DNA of 64,000 bases from Eledone cirrhosa. Lineage: Eukaryota. A program made the position numbers and the translations under genes. Of this stretch, positions 1-14,151 are shown piece after piece. The first letter of the stretch is position 1, and each line of letters begins with the position of its first letter. Location: the NCBI GenBank assembly GCA_964016885.1, contig OZ024740.1, forward strand, positions 393,266,001 to 393,330,000, given 5' to 3'. A model generated the notes under the pieces. That model worked only from the letters and a program-made list of their open reading frames with translations. It did no database searches and had not been told where the DNA came from.

Positions 1-1449
1 TTGTCCTAGATCAATGTTCAACACTGGCCACTTCAGAAGACATTAAGAGACATGACTAGAGGCTATCTAACGCCATTGAAAAAGGAAAAGAAAAAAAGAT
101 GAAATAAAAGTTTAGCTAATACTATAAATTTACTTTACATAGTTATATATTTACTTTACATAATATATTCTCAAAATTGGAGATTTTCTTTTTTTTTTTT
201 GCATGGAATACCTCTAGTGGGAAGGTGTTTTTGATAATCTGCAGCAAGGCATACAGCCAGCAGTAGTGTCATGCTGTGGATGTGTAGCATGTCTGCAACT
301 CTTTCAATCCACTGCTGGCATGGTTTTTAGTGTCACTAATGCTGTGGATTGGCAGAATTGTTAGACGAAATGTGTTGCTGTTTATGCTTCACCTCTTTCA
401 TTCTAAGATCATATCCCACTGTTGCAAAGGATAGGTAGTGAGTCAATGCCACCACCTAACACTTGAGTGCCTTTAGAAGAGTTTTCTCTGTTGCAAACAT
501 TTGACCCAGATTTCTATTTTGAGGATACTTTCTTCCCATCTTTCCACCATTCGTAAACACTCTGAAAAGGGTCATGTGCATTACCCTTTCCTTCCCAACT
601 AAATACTAAAGAAACATGCAAATATACATATCTGTATTTAGGCAAAGACATCGATAGGCATATGTAAAATATAAATTTATTTTAACAATGAAGTGAACAG
701 CTGTATTAAGAATTTAAACATTTTGTCCATGGACATATAAGCACAGAACTTGAACTGCTGACAAATAGTGATTAAGAGAACCACTGCTGGTTAGTAAGAT
801 GATACTTATATCTCTTTTGGCCCTTTGCCTTCTGAGTTCAACTGTGATGTCACTAGAGTAAGCTGTATCAGCCCTTGACTTTCCTGTGAACAACTTCAGT
901 GGTATGGAAATAGAATAACTGCATGCAGAGATGACTGCTTGTCTTTCACAAAAAACCTGATGGAGAATTTTTCATGTGTAAGTTGGTGCTCATTCAAAGC
1001 AAACTGGGGCCATGTGTTGGTTTTTTTAAAGTTATGTATCTGTTTATGAATAGATACATCATATCCCTGCATGTCGTAAGAAGCAACTAAAATAGTCGGT
1101 GTCAGGAAGGGCATCAGACTGTAAAACACTGCCTCAAAATATCATTTCCCACCTATGCCATCATGGAAAAGTCAACGTAAAAATGATGTTGATGATGATA
1201 ATTATGATGATGAGTGGGTACATTTTACTTCACTATTTTCTTCTCTAGAAGAGTAAATAGATGGGATGCAATTTGAACTAATGGCATCAACAAGTTCAAT
1301 TAAAATTACTTAACGACTAATGAGAAAACATTTTAACTTGCAAGAAACAGCAGTAAAATTTTCCTCAAATCATCCCCTACATTCTAAAAGAGGAAATAAC
1401 ACATAAGATAATACAGTACTGGAGGAAAAAATATAACATGGTGTTGGAA

Positions 1450-1655
1450 TGTTGGCTTAATCAGGGATGACTTGGAGAGTGCCATCAAGATCTCAATCAT
1501 CCTTAGACTCCGTACAGCTGACCTCAGTAAAATCTGAATGACAGCACTCCACCTGAAGAAGGAGCCCCATGACATGAGGTTGCTGTTGCAGCAGGTGTCA
1601 CTGGCCATTGTCCACAACAATGCTTTTGTCATTTTGTCTGTGGGGCACAGCTGAA
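1450..1655 (+). mobile_element. Decayed 3' end of a CRE/RLE-type non-LTR retrotransposon ORF
   Basis: Plus frame reads ...KKEPHDMRLLLQQVSLAIVHNNAFVILSVGHS*, resembling the C-terminal 'L.QR.SLA..RGNA..IL' motif of RLE-encoding (CRE-like) LINEs. In-frame stop upstream. Confidence 0.45.
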
Positions 1656-2649
1656 ACACAACTCTGACTTAGGTGTAGAGTCTGTCACCCTCTCCCCTTC
1701 CCCTTTTCTTATGTTGCTTAATAATCCTAGCCCTTTCTCTCCTTTTCCCCTCATAGTTTTTTGCAATGCTAATTTCTTTTTCTTTCATGAATATTCAAAA
1801 GAAAGAAATCAATAGAAATCAATTATATATATTGTTTTGAATATTCATTATATATATATATATATATCACATAAATTGTGTTTATATGTACAAAATGGAA
1901 TAAATAAATATGTATGCCCCCCTCCCCCCAAAAAATAATTGCAAGAACAAAAAGGGATTTTTTCCTCATAGGCCACAAAACATTACAGATTTTAAGTGGA
2001 GTTATAAGGGAAAGGGTTAAACATTTTTGTTACTTCTGCCTTTACTAAAGGCATTAACAAACAGAATGAAATGAATTAACATCAGTCCATTGTAAGAAGC
2101 TGGGAGGAGGGGGATATCAATAAAAAGCAGCCCTGGGGCCCTCAGTTATTGGGTATTATATCCATGCCTGCTTTTCAAAAGGGCAATTCTTAAATGAAAT
2201 GGCTTGAAACTAAAAAAGAATCAGATACAGGGTTGTTGATTGGGGAATCAGGTAGGTAGCTAGCTAGATAGGTAAGTGGTCTAGACCAGACTGTTGTTGC
2301 TGCTGCTACTACTACTACAACAATTGCTGCTGCTGCTACTACTACTACTACTACTACTATGATAATAAATCACACCATTTCAATTCTTGGTAACAACCAC
2401 AAAATGACACATCCTTTCTCACCAGTAGGTGTCATAAGAGGTAATCAGAGGAGGTGGGGAAAGGAATATTATAAAAGATGTGAGACTAGAGGATGTGCAA
2501 TAGTGACACAGGGAGTGGGAGAGAAGAGTGGCATGTTTATATAACAACCAGGAAAAAATAAGAGTAATAATAACAATAATATCAATAATAAAAAATAAGA
2601 ATAATAACTCTCTCACACCATAAATTATTTCCAACTATATAACTAAAGG

Positions 2650-2688
<39 letters not shown>

Positions 2689-2711
2689 ACAATAATAATA
2701 ATATTAATAAT

Positions 2712-2898
2712 TGTTTCTACTTTTGGCACAAGGCCAGCAATTACCCAGTGCAATACTGGTACTTTATTTTATCGACCCCGTAAGGATGAAAGGCAAAGTC
2801 AACCTCGGCAGGATTTGAACTCAGATCGTAAAGGGACGTAACTATGCTGGAAAGCATGGTGTCCGACCCTCTACCGATACTGCCAATCCACCACCCCT
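2712..2898 (-). mobile_element. tRNA-derived SINE with Meta-like central domain
   Basis: Minus strand: A box TGGCAGTATCGG, B box GAGTTCAAATCC, core GCCTTTCATCCTTACGGGGTCGATAAAATAAAGTACCAG. 16-bp TSD TAATAATATTAATAAT at 2696-2711 and 2899-2914. Many copies in the window. Confidence 0.85.
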
Positions 2899-2914
2899 TA
2901 ATAATATTAATAAT

Positions 2915-3890
2915 GATTTCATTTATTAGCCACAAGGGCCGACATGTAGGGGACAATACAAAGACAGGGACAGTGGGGTTTACAATAAGGTCGAGTAAAA
3001 GTGCACAATGGCAAGACTAATTTAACAATGAAGATATAAAAAATATATAATAAACTATGCATAAATATAACAAAATAAATTCCCCCCCCGATAGGGAGTG
3101 GACGACCCTGGGGTGACTCGGGTACCCCACCAATCCTGAACCACCCTGCGCTTCTAGGGCACCCAGGGAGAGCACCCCTCTCCTCAAGTTAGCTAGCTTA
3201 TAGGCGCATGGTCAGAGTAGGCCCATTCACACGAGCCATTCTCGCCACATTCACCCACCTTTTAGCAAATGTACTGGGGGGCAGCACTTCTCTCTCCACC
3301 CTCACCTTCCTTTCCAGGTGAAACTTGAAGAAGTTGATGAGGGATTGGCTGGAGAGAAAAGTGTCTGTCTTCAGTCTTTTTAACCTGGTCCACCATATAA
3401 CCTCTTTCGCAACTGCCACCAGACAGAGGAAAATTTCCTGCTCTTCCTGACCTAAGGAAGGCGGCGGGTCGATCTTCACTATGGACTCGGCCGATAGCCG
3501 GATTCGTTCCACACACGACAGTAGCTGTTCGACATAACTCCACAAGTCAGTAATGCACGGACATTGGACAAGTGCGTGCAGAACGGTTTCGTCGTTCTGT
3601 GCGCATCTTGGGCAGGTCCGTCTGACAGCACTTCCGTGCCTGTAGAGTTTATCCCGAACCGGCAGTGCCCCCCAGTAGCACTGCCAAGCGAGGGATTTCT
3701 GGAAATTGTCCATCGTCCCCGGCTCAAAAGTCCTCCGGTACAGACTGGTCAGTTCGACTTCGTCGAGGCCCAAAGCTTCTTCTCGCACTTGCCCACCACT
3801 AATCCTCTATAAAACTCGAGAGTGGAAGTTCCACTCATCGCATTTCCCACTTGGTAGAGGGCAGTGAGTGCCTGGCAACATTCCAGGTGC
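2915..3890 (-). mobile_element. Tx1/L1-like LINE, 3' fragment (ORF2 C-terminus and 3' UTR)
   Basis: ORF 3198-3788 has W...GALPVRDKL and the CCHC knuckle CPRC...ETVLHALVQC...W, typical of L1/Tx1 ORF2 ends. ATT-rich tail near 2900-2915. Confidence 0.8.
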
Positions 3891-3899
3891 CAGTCACCC

Positions 3900-3900
<1 letters not shown>

Positions 3901-3932
<32 letters not shown>

Positions 3933-4530
3933 CTTTCTTTATTAACCACAAGGGTTTAGACAAAGTAGACATTAAGGACAGTACAGGACAATACAGGACG
4001 GTACAAAAGGGCATTTCTACGTGTAAAAAAACAAAAAAACAGAGGATGTAATAAAAGAACAATGAAAAATTCCCCAAATAGGGGGGAGACTTCCGAGGGC
4101 CATCGTGGAGAAAGCCCATTAAAAAAACCCACGGTGACCCTGACCACCAGGGCAATTGTCCTCTCCCAGTTTTCCACCTTCAATTTACAGGCATATACTC
4201 AGAGTAGGTCCATTCACTCGGGCGATTCTTGCCTCTCTCACCCATCTTTCAACAAAATGCTGGGAAGAGAGCACCTCTCTCTCTACCCTGATTTTCCTTT
4301 TCAAATGAAATTGGAAAAAGTCAATCAGGGCATCAGCGAAGAGGTAAGTGCTCGTCTTCAGCCCTTTCAGATGCGTGCACCATACTATCTCTTTCGCCAT
4401 GGCCACCAGACAGATAAAAACTGCCTGCCCTTCCCGGCTAAAGTAAGAGGGCGGGGCAATCCTCACAATGGACTCAGCTGATATTCGGATCCGTTCTATA
4501 CGCGACAGCAGGTGTTCGACATAAACCCCT
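3901..4530 (-). mobile_element. Second Tx1/L1-like LINE 3' fragment (related subfamily)
   Basis: ORF 4185-4466 aligns with the C-terminus of ORF 3198-3788 (CLVA.AKE..W.T...FF.FHL.RK.RVEREVL...ARVNGPTL). (TAA)n tail at 3901-3930. Confidence 0.8.
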
Positions 4531-4783
4531 GATAACTATAATAATACTATATTAGTAATCTCTTTTATTTGCCAGAGGGTCATCAAATGGAAGAGGATAT
4601 AACAAAGACAGATTACATAAAGTGTAGGTTTACATAGAATCAAAACAAGGAAAATATCGATGAGATAAAAATGTATGTATGTATATATATATATATATCA
4701 TATGTATGTGTGTATGTATGTATATATATATATATATATATATACATATGTGTGTGTGTGTGTATGTATGTGTGTGTGTGTGT

Positions 4784-5992
4784 CATCATCATCATGATCA
4801 TCATCATCGTTTAACGTCTATCTTCCATGCTAGCATGGGTCTAGACGGGAATTTTCCCACTTGAGGCAAGATTGGTTGTCTTGCTCAGGACTGTCTGGCG
4901 GGTTTTCTACGGCTGGGTGCCCTTCCCAACACCAACCACGTTTACAGTGTGTACTGGGAGGTTTTTACCGTGTTACCTACACGGCCACATTACAGCGTGG
5001 ACTGTTTTTTTTTTGTCGTGACACTTATATGACCTCATTTATTTAGGACTGGATGTTGTGGCACCAGCATAACTTTACATCGAAAGGGTGGTGTAGATGG
5101 GGGTGGGGTAGGGGTAGTGGGACGGGGTGTATTTTTTGCTAGGAGGTGCCTACTGACTGTAGGTTTCGCTTTGTACTTAGGCAAAGTGGGTCTTCTGTAT
5201 TACTGTGTAGCGCCAAAGATCTCGGTCCAGTGACATTGTCTTGGAGAGATGTAAGTGTGCGAGGTCGGAATTTATCAAGTTGTCCCAGGTTTTTTCTGGG
5301 TCTGCCTACTCCGTAGCTACTGTCTATTTTGATCGCCCTCCACTTTTTTATACAGCTGTCATCTTTCATGCGCATCACGTGACCATACCAACGTAGTCTT
5401 CTCTCGAGTAAACAGCATCTGATCCCTCTTATTCCTAATTTCTCACTTAGTTCATTTATGCTTTGCCGTTCGTGTATATTACTATTACACATCCAACGAA
5501 GCATGCAAGCTTCATTCCTCTCCAGTCTGCGTAGATCCTCTGCACACAATGCCCATGTCTTACTGCAATGTCTGCCTTTCATTTTTAGAGAGAAACCTTT
5601 AGCGGCCAATAGTGGTATAAGCTCTCTGAACTTTTTCCATCCCATTCTTTCGGAGCACCCTCCCCCACTGTTGATTTTGTCACCCAGGTAACGGAAGGTG
5701 TCCACTATTTCTATAGAACTATCTGTGCAATGGAATGAGCTAGTATTCTGTGGGCATTTACTGCTACTTATTGCACCTGAGCACCGGCCACATATAAAAG
5801 CTATATTCTTAGTTAGCCTACCTGTGATCCCACTACATCTTTTATGCACCCATACTTTGCATTTGGGACATAAAATGGAGTTTCTGCCTACTCCTTTCCT
5901 CCACATGGCTATTTCTCAGATGGGACCAGTGCCCTATTTTCCTTCCTACATATTAAAACTTTAGTCTTGGACAAGTTAATTTTAAGGCCTTT
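4784..5992 (-). mobile_element. RTE-clade LINE family A, 5'-truncated, frameshifted copy
   Basis: ORF 5139-5906 is close to the C-terminal third of the 41219-43687 ORF (RRLRWYGHVMRM, GRPRK). Same 3' UTR and (GAT)n tail. Confidence 0.92.
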
Positions 5993-6057
5993 TAAAGAGC
6001 GTGAAACTAATAAACCTTTGTTTGTACTGCCTCTCTGTTTTGTTCCCGTTCCAATTT

Positions 6058-6487
<430 letters not shown>

Positions 6488-6558
6488 ATATACATATATA
6501 TATATATAAAATAATTAAGTCAAATATGTAAAATTTGGCTTCGTAATTTAAAAATATT

Positions 6559-6613
6559 ACTGCTATATATATTTCGGTGACAGCCATCATTGGCTGAGAC
6601 CTCTTCAGGCAGT
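6559..6613 (-). ncRNA. Minimal type I hammerhead ribozyme (left arm)
   Basis: Reverse complement: ACTGC CTGAAGA GGTCTCAGCCA ATGA TGGCTGTCACC GAAA T ATAT ATA GCAGT. Confidence 0.8.
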
Positions 6614-6836
6614 CAGAATTGGTGTGGGAAAGACAAGTACACATGTTGTTGAAGTGTGTTTTACTCCGTCAATACATCGATATGTCCAGCTCCTGGTTGT
6701 GTTGTCATTCCTCTAAGGAACTGGATTCATATGGTTCCAGTTCTTCAAAGGAACCAGGAGCTGGACATATCGATGTATTGACGGAGTAAAACACACTTCA
6801 ACAACATGTGTACCTGTCTTTTAGACACCAATTCGG

Positions 6837-6891
6837 ACTGCCTGAAGAGGTCACAGCCAATGATGGCTGTCATCGAAATATATATAGCAGT
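6837..6891 (+). ncRNA. Minimal type I hammerhead ribozyme (right arm)
   Basis: Stem I ACTGC/GCAGT; core CTGAAGA 6842-6848; stem II ACAGCCA/TGGCTGT; GAAA 6875-6878; minimal stem III with palindromic ATAT loop; cleavage triplet AUA 6884-6886. Confidence 0.85.
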
Positions 6892-7039
6892 AATTTTTTA
6901 ATTTAAAATAAACAAAGCCAAATTTTACATATTTGACTTAATTATTTTACATTACTCCGGAGTAAACAAACCAGCTTGCGTACTTCGTCGAGTGCTCCAA
7001 TCTGCATACTGAGGTGTTTGTAAACAACCAACATATACT

Positions 7040-7072
<33 letters not shown>

Positions 7073-7254
7073 AGAGTATTGAAGTTTGCTTGAAGCATTA
7101 TATATATATATATATATATATATATGATACAACAGTTACCTGATAGAGGTGAGCCTCCAAATAGGGATGATTGAGGAATCTCCATAAATCTATGTTTACC
7201 CTAACCACCAAAAGCAAGAGCTTTCTTCCAGTTATCTTTCCCCAACTGACAGGC

Positions 7255-8105
7255 TAATATTTGCCCATTTTCACTACACTCATTCACCTTCTAAAGAAAT
7301 CACTGGAGGAGAGCATTTGATTCTCTCTACCCTCACGTTCAAGTGGAATCTGAAAGGTTGGTGAGAGGTTGACTGAATAAGGAAGTGTCTGTCCTCAGTC
7401 TTAAACTCATCCACTTCCCAACTTCATTCACCATAGAAAAACTACCTTTCTTCATTGCTGAAAGATGGCAGCCAAGCGATTTTCCTAATGGAATCAGATG
7501 ATTGCTGGATCACATGCTACGTGTGAAAATAAGTATTCTATATAACTTCACATGTCAGTAATCCTCAGACACTGAATGAGTGTATGCAAAATGGTTTCAA
7601 TGCTCTTTATACTTCTCAGACAGTTAAGTCTCATGGTACCACCATGCCTTTTTATCTCAAACCAACTGGTAGCGCTGGCAAGATAAAGAGTTTTGGGAAG
7701 TTCTCTATAGTAATTCAAGGTTTGTGTCCTCTGAACAAAGGGATGCTCTTCAGCAGCTTCAGCTTTTGAAGAAGTGGAGAAAAAGCTGTTCACTTTGACA
7801 ACTGAACAAATGTTGCTGTACATTGCAGCAATCCAGTCCTTGAAAATACAACTAAAACTGCCTGCTTTGATGACAGACACTATGTATCAATGGTTGATCC
7901 TATAAAAAGCTTTTGATTGATCAAATTCTATCAGAGTCTCACTAAAGTCAGGTCTCTGACCAAAATTCTCTATGATGTTTGAAGTAGTGGATGGACCTAT
8001 TCAAGATCACATATGCTTGCATATCCTCAACCAGAACAATGATGAGAAGCACCAACCTCTTTGCTAACATAATGGCCAAAGTCTTAAACTCTGTATTCAG
8101 CAGAG
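7255..8105 (-). mobile_element. Old, internally deleted Tx1/L1-like LINE
   Basis: Minus-strand remnants LNTEFKTLAIMLAKRL, DQSKAFYRINH and WIAAMYSNICSVVKVN (RT) are joined to C-terminal C..S...ETILHTLIQC. Many stops. Confidence 0.65.
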
Positions 8106-8985
8106 TTCTTCTTCTTCACTCACTTATTCCTGAGAGGGTCATGGGGTAGAGTCCTCAAACACTCCTACCAGCGGGTCCTGTCAGAAGCAACCATCTCCAA
8201 TAGATCCGGTTTAGGCCCTAAGTGAAACAAGCCAAGCTCATGGATATTATCCAACCATCTTTCCCTGGGTCTCCTGCCAGTTGGTTTTGCCTGTAAAATC
8301 TGTCCAACAGTTCTTTCCTGAGACATTCTAGCGGCTCTACCTGGAGTGACTCTCTGCTCTCCTAGCTACATATTCTATCAAGTAATGTTACTTCAAAGAC
8401 CTTTCGTAGAAACCCTATTTCGGCCGCTTTTATTCGTGATAGTATTCTTTCAGTCATTACCCAAGATTCATGACCATAGGTAAGGGTTGGCACAAATACC
8501 GAATTGAAGATAGTGAGTTTGGCTTTTACACCTACCTATCTCCTAATTACCGACTGCTGGAGCTGGCGCATTACTGCACTAGCTCCTGCAATTCTTGCAC
8601 TTAATTTAGCCTCCTGCCTTCCATCGCTCATGAACACAGCCCTGAGATACTTGAACCTCTCTACCTGCTTCGGTGGAACATCATTCACATGTAGAGTGCA
8701 CTGCACAGACTTCCTTGAGAGGACAAGTGTCTCAGTTTTCACAGCACTGATTTTCATTCCAGCCATGCAGCACACGGCATCAAATCTACCAAGTACAAGT
8801 CAGAGATCACCTTCTGTCGAGTTAAGAAAAACCATGTCATCTGCAAATTCCAGCCGACTGATTCCAAACCCATCAGTCATAATACCACTTTCAACCCGAG
8901 TGTGCATGTCAATTCTGTTCATGAAAATAATGGTGACAGTATACACCCTTGGTGGAGTCTGACTCCCACATTGAATGGTTTCAAT
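8106..8985 (-). mobile_element. RTE-clade LINE family D (Expander/Rex3-like) 3' fragment
   Basis: Minus-strand EFADDMV and GMKISAVKTETLV...QVERFKYL...ARIAGASAVMRQL. (GAA)n tail at about 8106-8117. Homologous copy at 37.2-37.6 kb. Confidence 0.8.
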
Positions 8986-10545
8986 TTAGCACAATTTATC
9001 AGTTATTGACTGAAAATTGTCTAATAAGTTTCCCTTGTTGGTATTCTTTCTTAGCAACTTGGCCCATGGAACTGGAAATCCTACTGCCAGTTGTGGAAAA
9101 CATCTGACAAAAATTTGCTGAACAAGTCTTATATGATCTCTCAAAGGCTCATATGGAAAATCCTCAAAACTGAGCAACTTGCAAGTATGAGGCTAGAAAT
9201 TTGGAAGGAGAGATTAGTTGATTATGGTACGTTTATTTCATTGCCTCCAGAAAGACAAAGTTGACCTTAGTGGAATTTGAACTTAGTCAGCAGTGATCTC
9301 AAACAAATACCACAAGGCATAAGGTATCCTAGTCATATATATATGTATGTGTGTATCAATATTTTTTTTTTTGTAACTTATCTACTCTCTTCATCATTTT
9401 CTTGTCATTTATCAATGGAACACAGCTCTTAACATTATAAAAGTTTGTTCTAATACATATGGTTATAGGCACATATATTTCCTCCCATAAGCAAGTTGTA
9501 GGTAAAAATAAAACCTGTGAAAAGAACTATATACCCAACTGCACATTTGTTTACATGGAAATATTAATATAGAAATACACTCCCTACCATGCACAAATAC
9601 ATTTCTTTATGCTAGAATGTTATAAATTTAAAAAAGACATGCATACTTGCACATACATGGTAACACAAACAAACACACTGCTTCAAATATAAGTAGAGTG
9701 GGGGATGAGAAGTTTTGACTTTCATGATTATTTCACAGTCATTTCATTGACAACAATAAAACTGAATAGAAAAATATATTGCCGGCTTGATTTATCACGA
9801 ATTAACTGTCACAAATTATGTAAAAACAAGCGCACACACACACACATACATCCACCCATATCGAGTCAATGAGAGAACCTGCTATGCAGTTGCTCGAAAT
9901 GCCAGAAATAGCAATCAAATTCTCTTCAACTCACATGCTGCATAGTTAAAAAAAGGAAGGACATAGTGGGTAATGTAGGTATGGGTATAAAAAATATGGG
10001 ATGTTCGTGTTTGTAGCATTTTACATTGTTATGCCAGCTTCATCAGAGATAATTTTGGGTAGAACAACATTATCACACCCACAGACACATGTATACCCAT
10101 TGTAATGCTTGATTGAACTCATGATGCTATGGTCAGTCGTCCAGCACCTTAACCTTAACCAATATAGTACATTGTGTTAGTTGTAAATGCTGAAGAAGTC
10201 AACTAGAAATCATATCCACATATGTATGTATCTATCCAAAAATGCCTGCCTATCTCTCTACCCCATCTTCTTTTACACACACACACACATACATATAAAG
10301 AACCTGTGATAATAAATAGTTTGGATTTATTTGTGTAGCATGTGCATGTATTGTTTGTTGTAATAGCAATGAAACAGAGTCTGTTTAATCAGAAGCATTG
10401 TTCTGATTCTATGGACCAAAGGAATTTAAGAGATATATTTAACTCCAGTGCAAGAGCCGAGAATACGAACATTTTCATTATTCTATGACGCATATAATTT
10501 GAGTGTGCATTGACCAGAACTTCAGCTATCAGTGACATGGCTGGT

Positions 10546-10579
<34 letters not shown>

Positions 10580-13500
10580 CTCTGTTATACAGAAGAGGTG
10601 TAAAGATAGCTGAGCATTTTTAAAAACAACTAAATCAATCACGCATCACATACAGATATTGTTGCAATGCAGTGAGTTTGAAGAAGTGGTAGTGCAACAT
10701 ACTATATGTCTTACGGCATTTATCATTGCATCTCTACGTTCTCAGTTCTAATCCAGCTTACAGTTGACTTTGCATTTCCTTCAGTTAAGATCATCTAAGA
10801 TCTACCACTCATGTATAGAGATAAATTCAAACAACTATGCAGCTCTCCTACATATTTGCAACTGTCTGCCAAAGTAATGACTCAATATTTATTAATATTA
10901 GAAGTTGGAGGAGTGACAGAAACAGTAGATTGCTTAACTAAATATTTTAGCCTATCTAGGCCTGTTCCTGTAGGTTCTTTATCGTGAGTTCAAATTCACT
11001 TTAGATCAAAGAAATTAGTATTAGTTATGAATTGAGATTGATTAAAGACATTACTTTACAAATATATTGCCCAGTACCTATGTAAAACAAACCAATGAAT
11101 CAATTTTTATGAAGGTTCGTGTTCTAGTAGTTAAGGTGTTGGGTTCATGAACATAAGATCGTAGGTTTAATTCCTGGATTGTATGTCACATTGTGTCCTT
11201 GAGCAAAACACTTTATTTCACATTGCTCCAGTCTACTCAGCCAATGAAAATGAGTACTAGCAGCATCTTGGGAAGTGAGATCGCTAATCTGAATATACTT
11301 TGTGCTTTCAGATGCTTACTGTCACCATGAAAAAGCTCCAGTCTGATGGACCTCTAAGCTCATGTTTTGTAACCATCTACTGACTGGAAAAGACCTGGGA
11401 TGATGAGATCTTAGAGCCACAATGTGCATTCATCTTCATTGAACACTGCCATAGGTATTCTCCATCAGTGTTGACTAAACAGCAACATAAGGTGTATATT
11501 GTATATAGTAAAGAACTATACTATCTACAATACCTACTCATAGCTAGGGGGACTTAGTTTAATTAGGTTTTAAGTACCAAGGCACGAACCATTAACCTCT
11601 CAGCTGGTTGTCTGTTATTCTATCATATGAGTCGGCCATGATTATCTGTGATTAATGATATAATACCAGGCAAATACTGAGTTGATTTAATTAACTACAC
11701 TCTTCTCCTACACATTTGTAGTAAAGCGCCAGTGTAAGAAATCATAATTATTAACATAAGCCTTGTTCATCACAATCCAGATTTTTGGATTTGCTTGTGC
11801 TACATTCCTAAGAATAATATCTATTAATTCTCTTCACGCCTCTCTTAGTGGTTAGGTCTTATAGGAGGACAAATGCAAAAATATAAAGACATGTTATGTT
11901 AGAGGTACCAACCACAATTTGGCATCTCATTAAAAAAAATTTCATTTAGCACAATGAACCCATGTGCCTAAACGAGAAATGATTATTGAGAGGCTGGAGT
12001 TTAAGTTCCAAAGAATGGTTTTCACAAGTAAGAGAGAAATATTTTACTGTGTTTCAATTAAGTAGCTGACTTTGTCAGAAATGTAAAGCCAGATGGAGTG
12101 AAAAGCATGAATAGATAGGTAAAGTATTTCACTCATAAACACGAGGAGCTAAATCAGAAAACATAAATCATCTTTATATATTCTTCTTGGCTGCTTTTCA
12201 GGAGTAAATGGAAGACGGTTCTTTAGTTGTATAATGTGTGTGTGAATGATTTATTGACTGATATGATGTGGTGAATTTGAAACTAATAAACTTCCCCTCT
12301 TGTTCATCTGACTATGTGGTTGGCTTGCATGCAGTTCCTAATCCTTCAAGCTAGTGAAGTTTTACATGATAGCTTGTTGCACACACCAGCTATCGCATTC
12401 AGCCTGACAAGGCTAACCAACGGGACTGAAGAGATTGATCATTGAGTGTGTACAGTAGCTAATTATTTCTCAACCAGAAATATTTATAAGGCTATATATA
12501 ATCAACTCTGTGACATTAAGAAAATGAGAGATAAATCTCCCTTGGTAGAGAATGCTGGATTACTGCAGATAGATACTATTTAAAGAAAGAAAGAGGAATT
12601 GAATTCAGCATCAAAGACAGCAAAGCATGGCACAGAAGCTATTTACAATGATGAACTATACTTTTGACAATAGCTCCCTGAATTTTGCTATTGTGAGTTA
12701 AGGCAATTGGTCATTGACACTTTGAAGTATCATTGATTGAACACAATCTGTTAAATATTAAACTGCTATTCTGACATAATATCCACCCAAGGATACTTTT
12801 TGTCACTATCTACTTTGGGATAAAAGGGCAGTGCCCATGGCCATTTTCAAGGCTTCCATTATTAGTGAGAAGGTGGAAAGAAGGTATATCGAACCCAAAT
12901 GGTTGTGACAGAGAGATATCTACTAAAAGCACCTAAGAGTTAGATCGTAATGTTAAACCAGGCAACAGACAAACCATTTTGTGACTATATTTCTAGTGAA
13001 ATACACTTTATTTCAATTCATTAATGAAGAATTTCGAGGGATTTACTAAAATTATTAATTATTTCATTACTAAGATTGTAACTTAGCATATGGTTCTTAT
13101 ATAAAATTATGTAGGAAGATTTTTATTTAAATAGAAAATCTTTAAATTTAAAGGTTTTGATTCATAGAAACGGAGTGAGTTTGGACTAGATTGGTATCAA
13201 AAAGGTTACATTGACCATTGAAGGAGGCCAGCAGAATTCGAATTCAGAATGAAAAGAGCTGAATGGTAAGACATCTTGTTTGATCCTCTAACAATTCTGC
13301 TAATCCACCACTCTGGACTGATATATGATTTTATCAACCTTGAAAAGAATAAAATATAAAAATGAACTTAGAGGGATTTGAACTCGGAGCACAGACAGCT
13401 GGAGCAAATGCCACAAGACATGTTCCATTATATTTTAACAAGTCTGTCAACTCTATGCTCTTATCTATTTCCTTATTTTACAACATAAATCATCTAGATG

Positions 13501-14077
13501 AGCACCAAACTTCCCAATGAGGATGATATTGGTGATGATGTTGAGGGAAATAATGGTGATTTTATACATTGACAAAGGCTACAAATATATGTGTAGAGGG
13601 TGGAGATGAGAAACAGTGAATCAGCCCCTATTACATGACTGATATTAATGCCATTGATCCTGGTAGGATTTAAACTCAGATAGTGACAACAACAACAATC
13701 ACAACAGTCATTTCTTACATATATTGATTTCATACAAATTACAATAATAATAACAGTAGCATCAACATCAACAGCAATGGTGACAATCATAAAACTCCAG
13801 AAAACAACAACTACAAAATGACAAAACTCTTATTTATTTATATGATTTTTGCCAGAGAGGAATGGGAGTTCTGTGAGTTAATCCATAACATTTTGCTTCA
13901 TGCCATTAATTTGATATTCCTGATATGACTGGCTTGAATGGTTAGGAACTATGAACCAGCTGGAACATTTGGGGATTAATGGGAGGATAAGTTGGATAGT
14001 TGTGTTACCAACCCCAATCAGCCAATAAATCACACATACACACAACACTATACAAACATACACACACACAGACACAC

Positions 14078-14151
<74 letters not shown>

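Larger units (their letters stand above)
6507..7042 (+). mobile_element. Fold-back element with hammerhead in each arm (Penelope-like pseudo-LTR end)
   Basis: Inverted arms 6507-6698 and 6752-6949, unpaired tail 6950-7042, (TA)n on both sides. Confidence 0.8.

Noticed and set aside
10298-10390. CTGTGA ... GAAAC-AGA-GTC possible decayed hammerhead
   Set aside because: Core incomplete and stems unconvincing; kept only as a possible PLE tail island.
12427-12492. CTGAAGA ... GAAA-T-ATTT-ATA hammerhead-like string
   Set aside because: No stem I complementarity, poor stem II, and no inverted arm or TA flanks.
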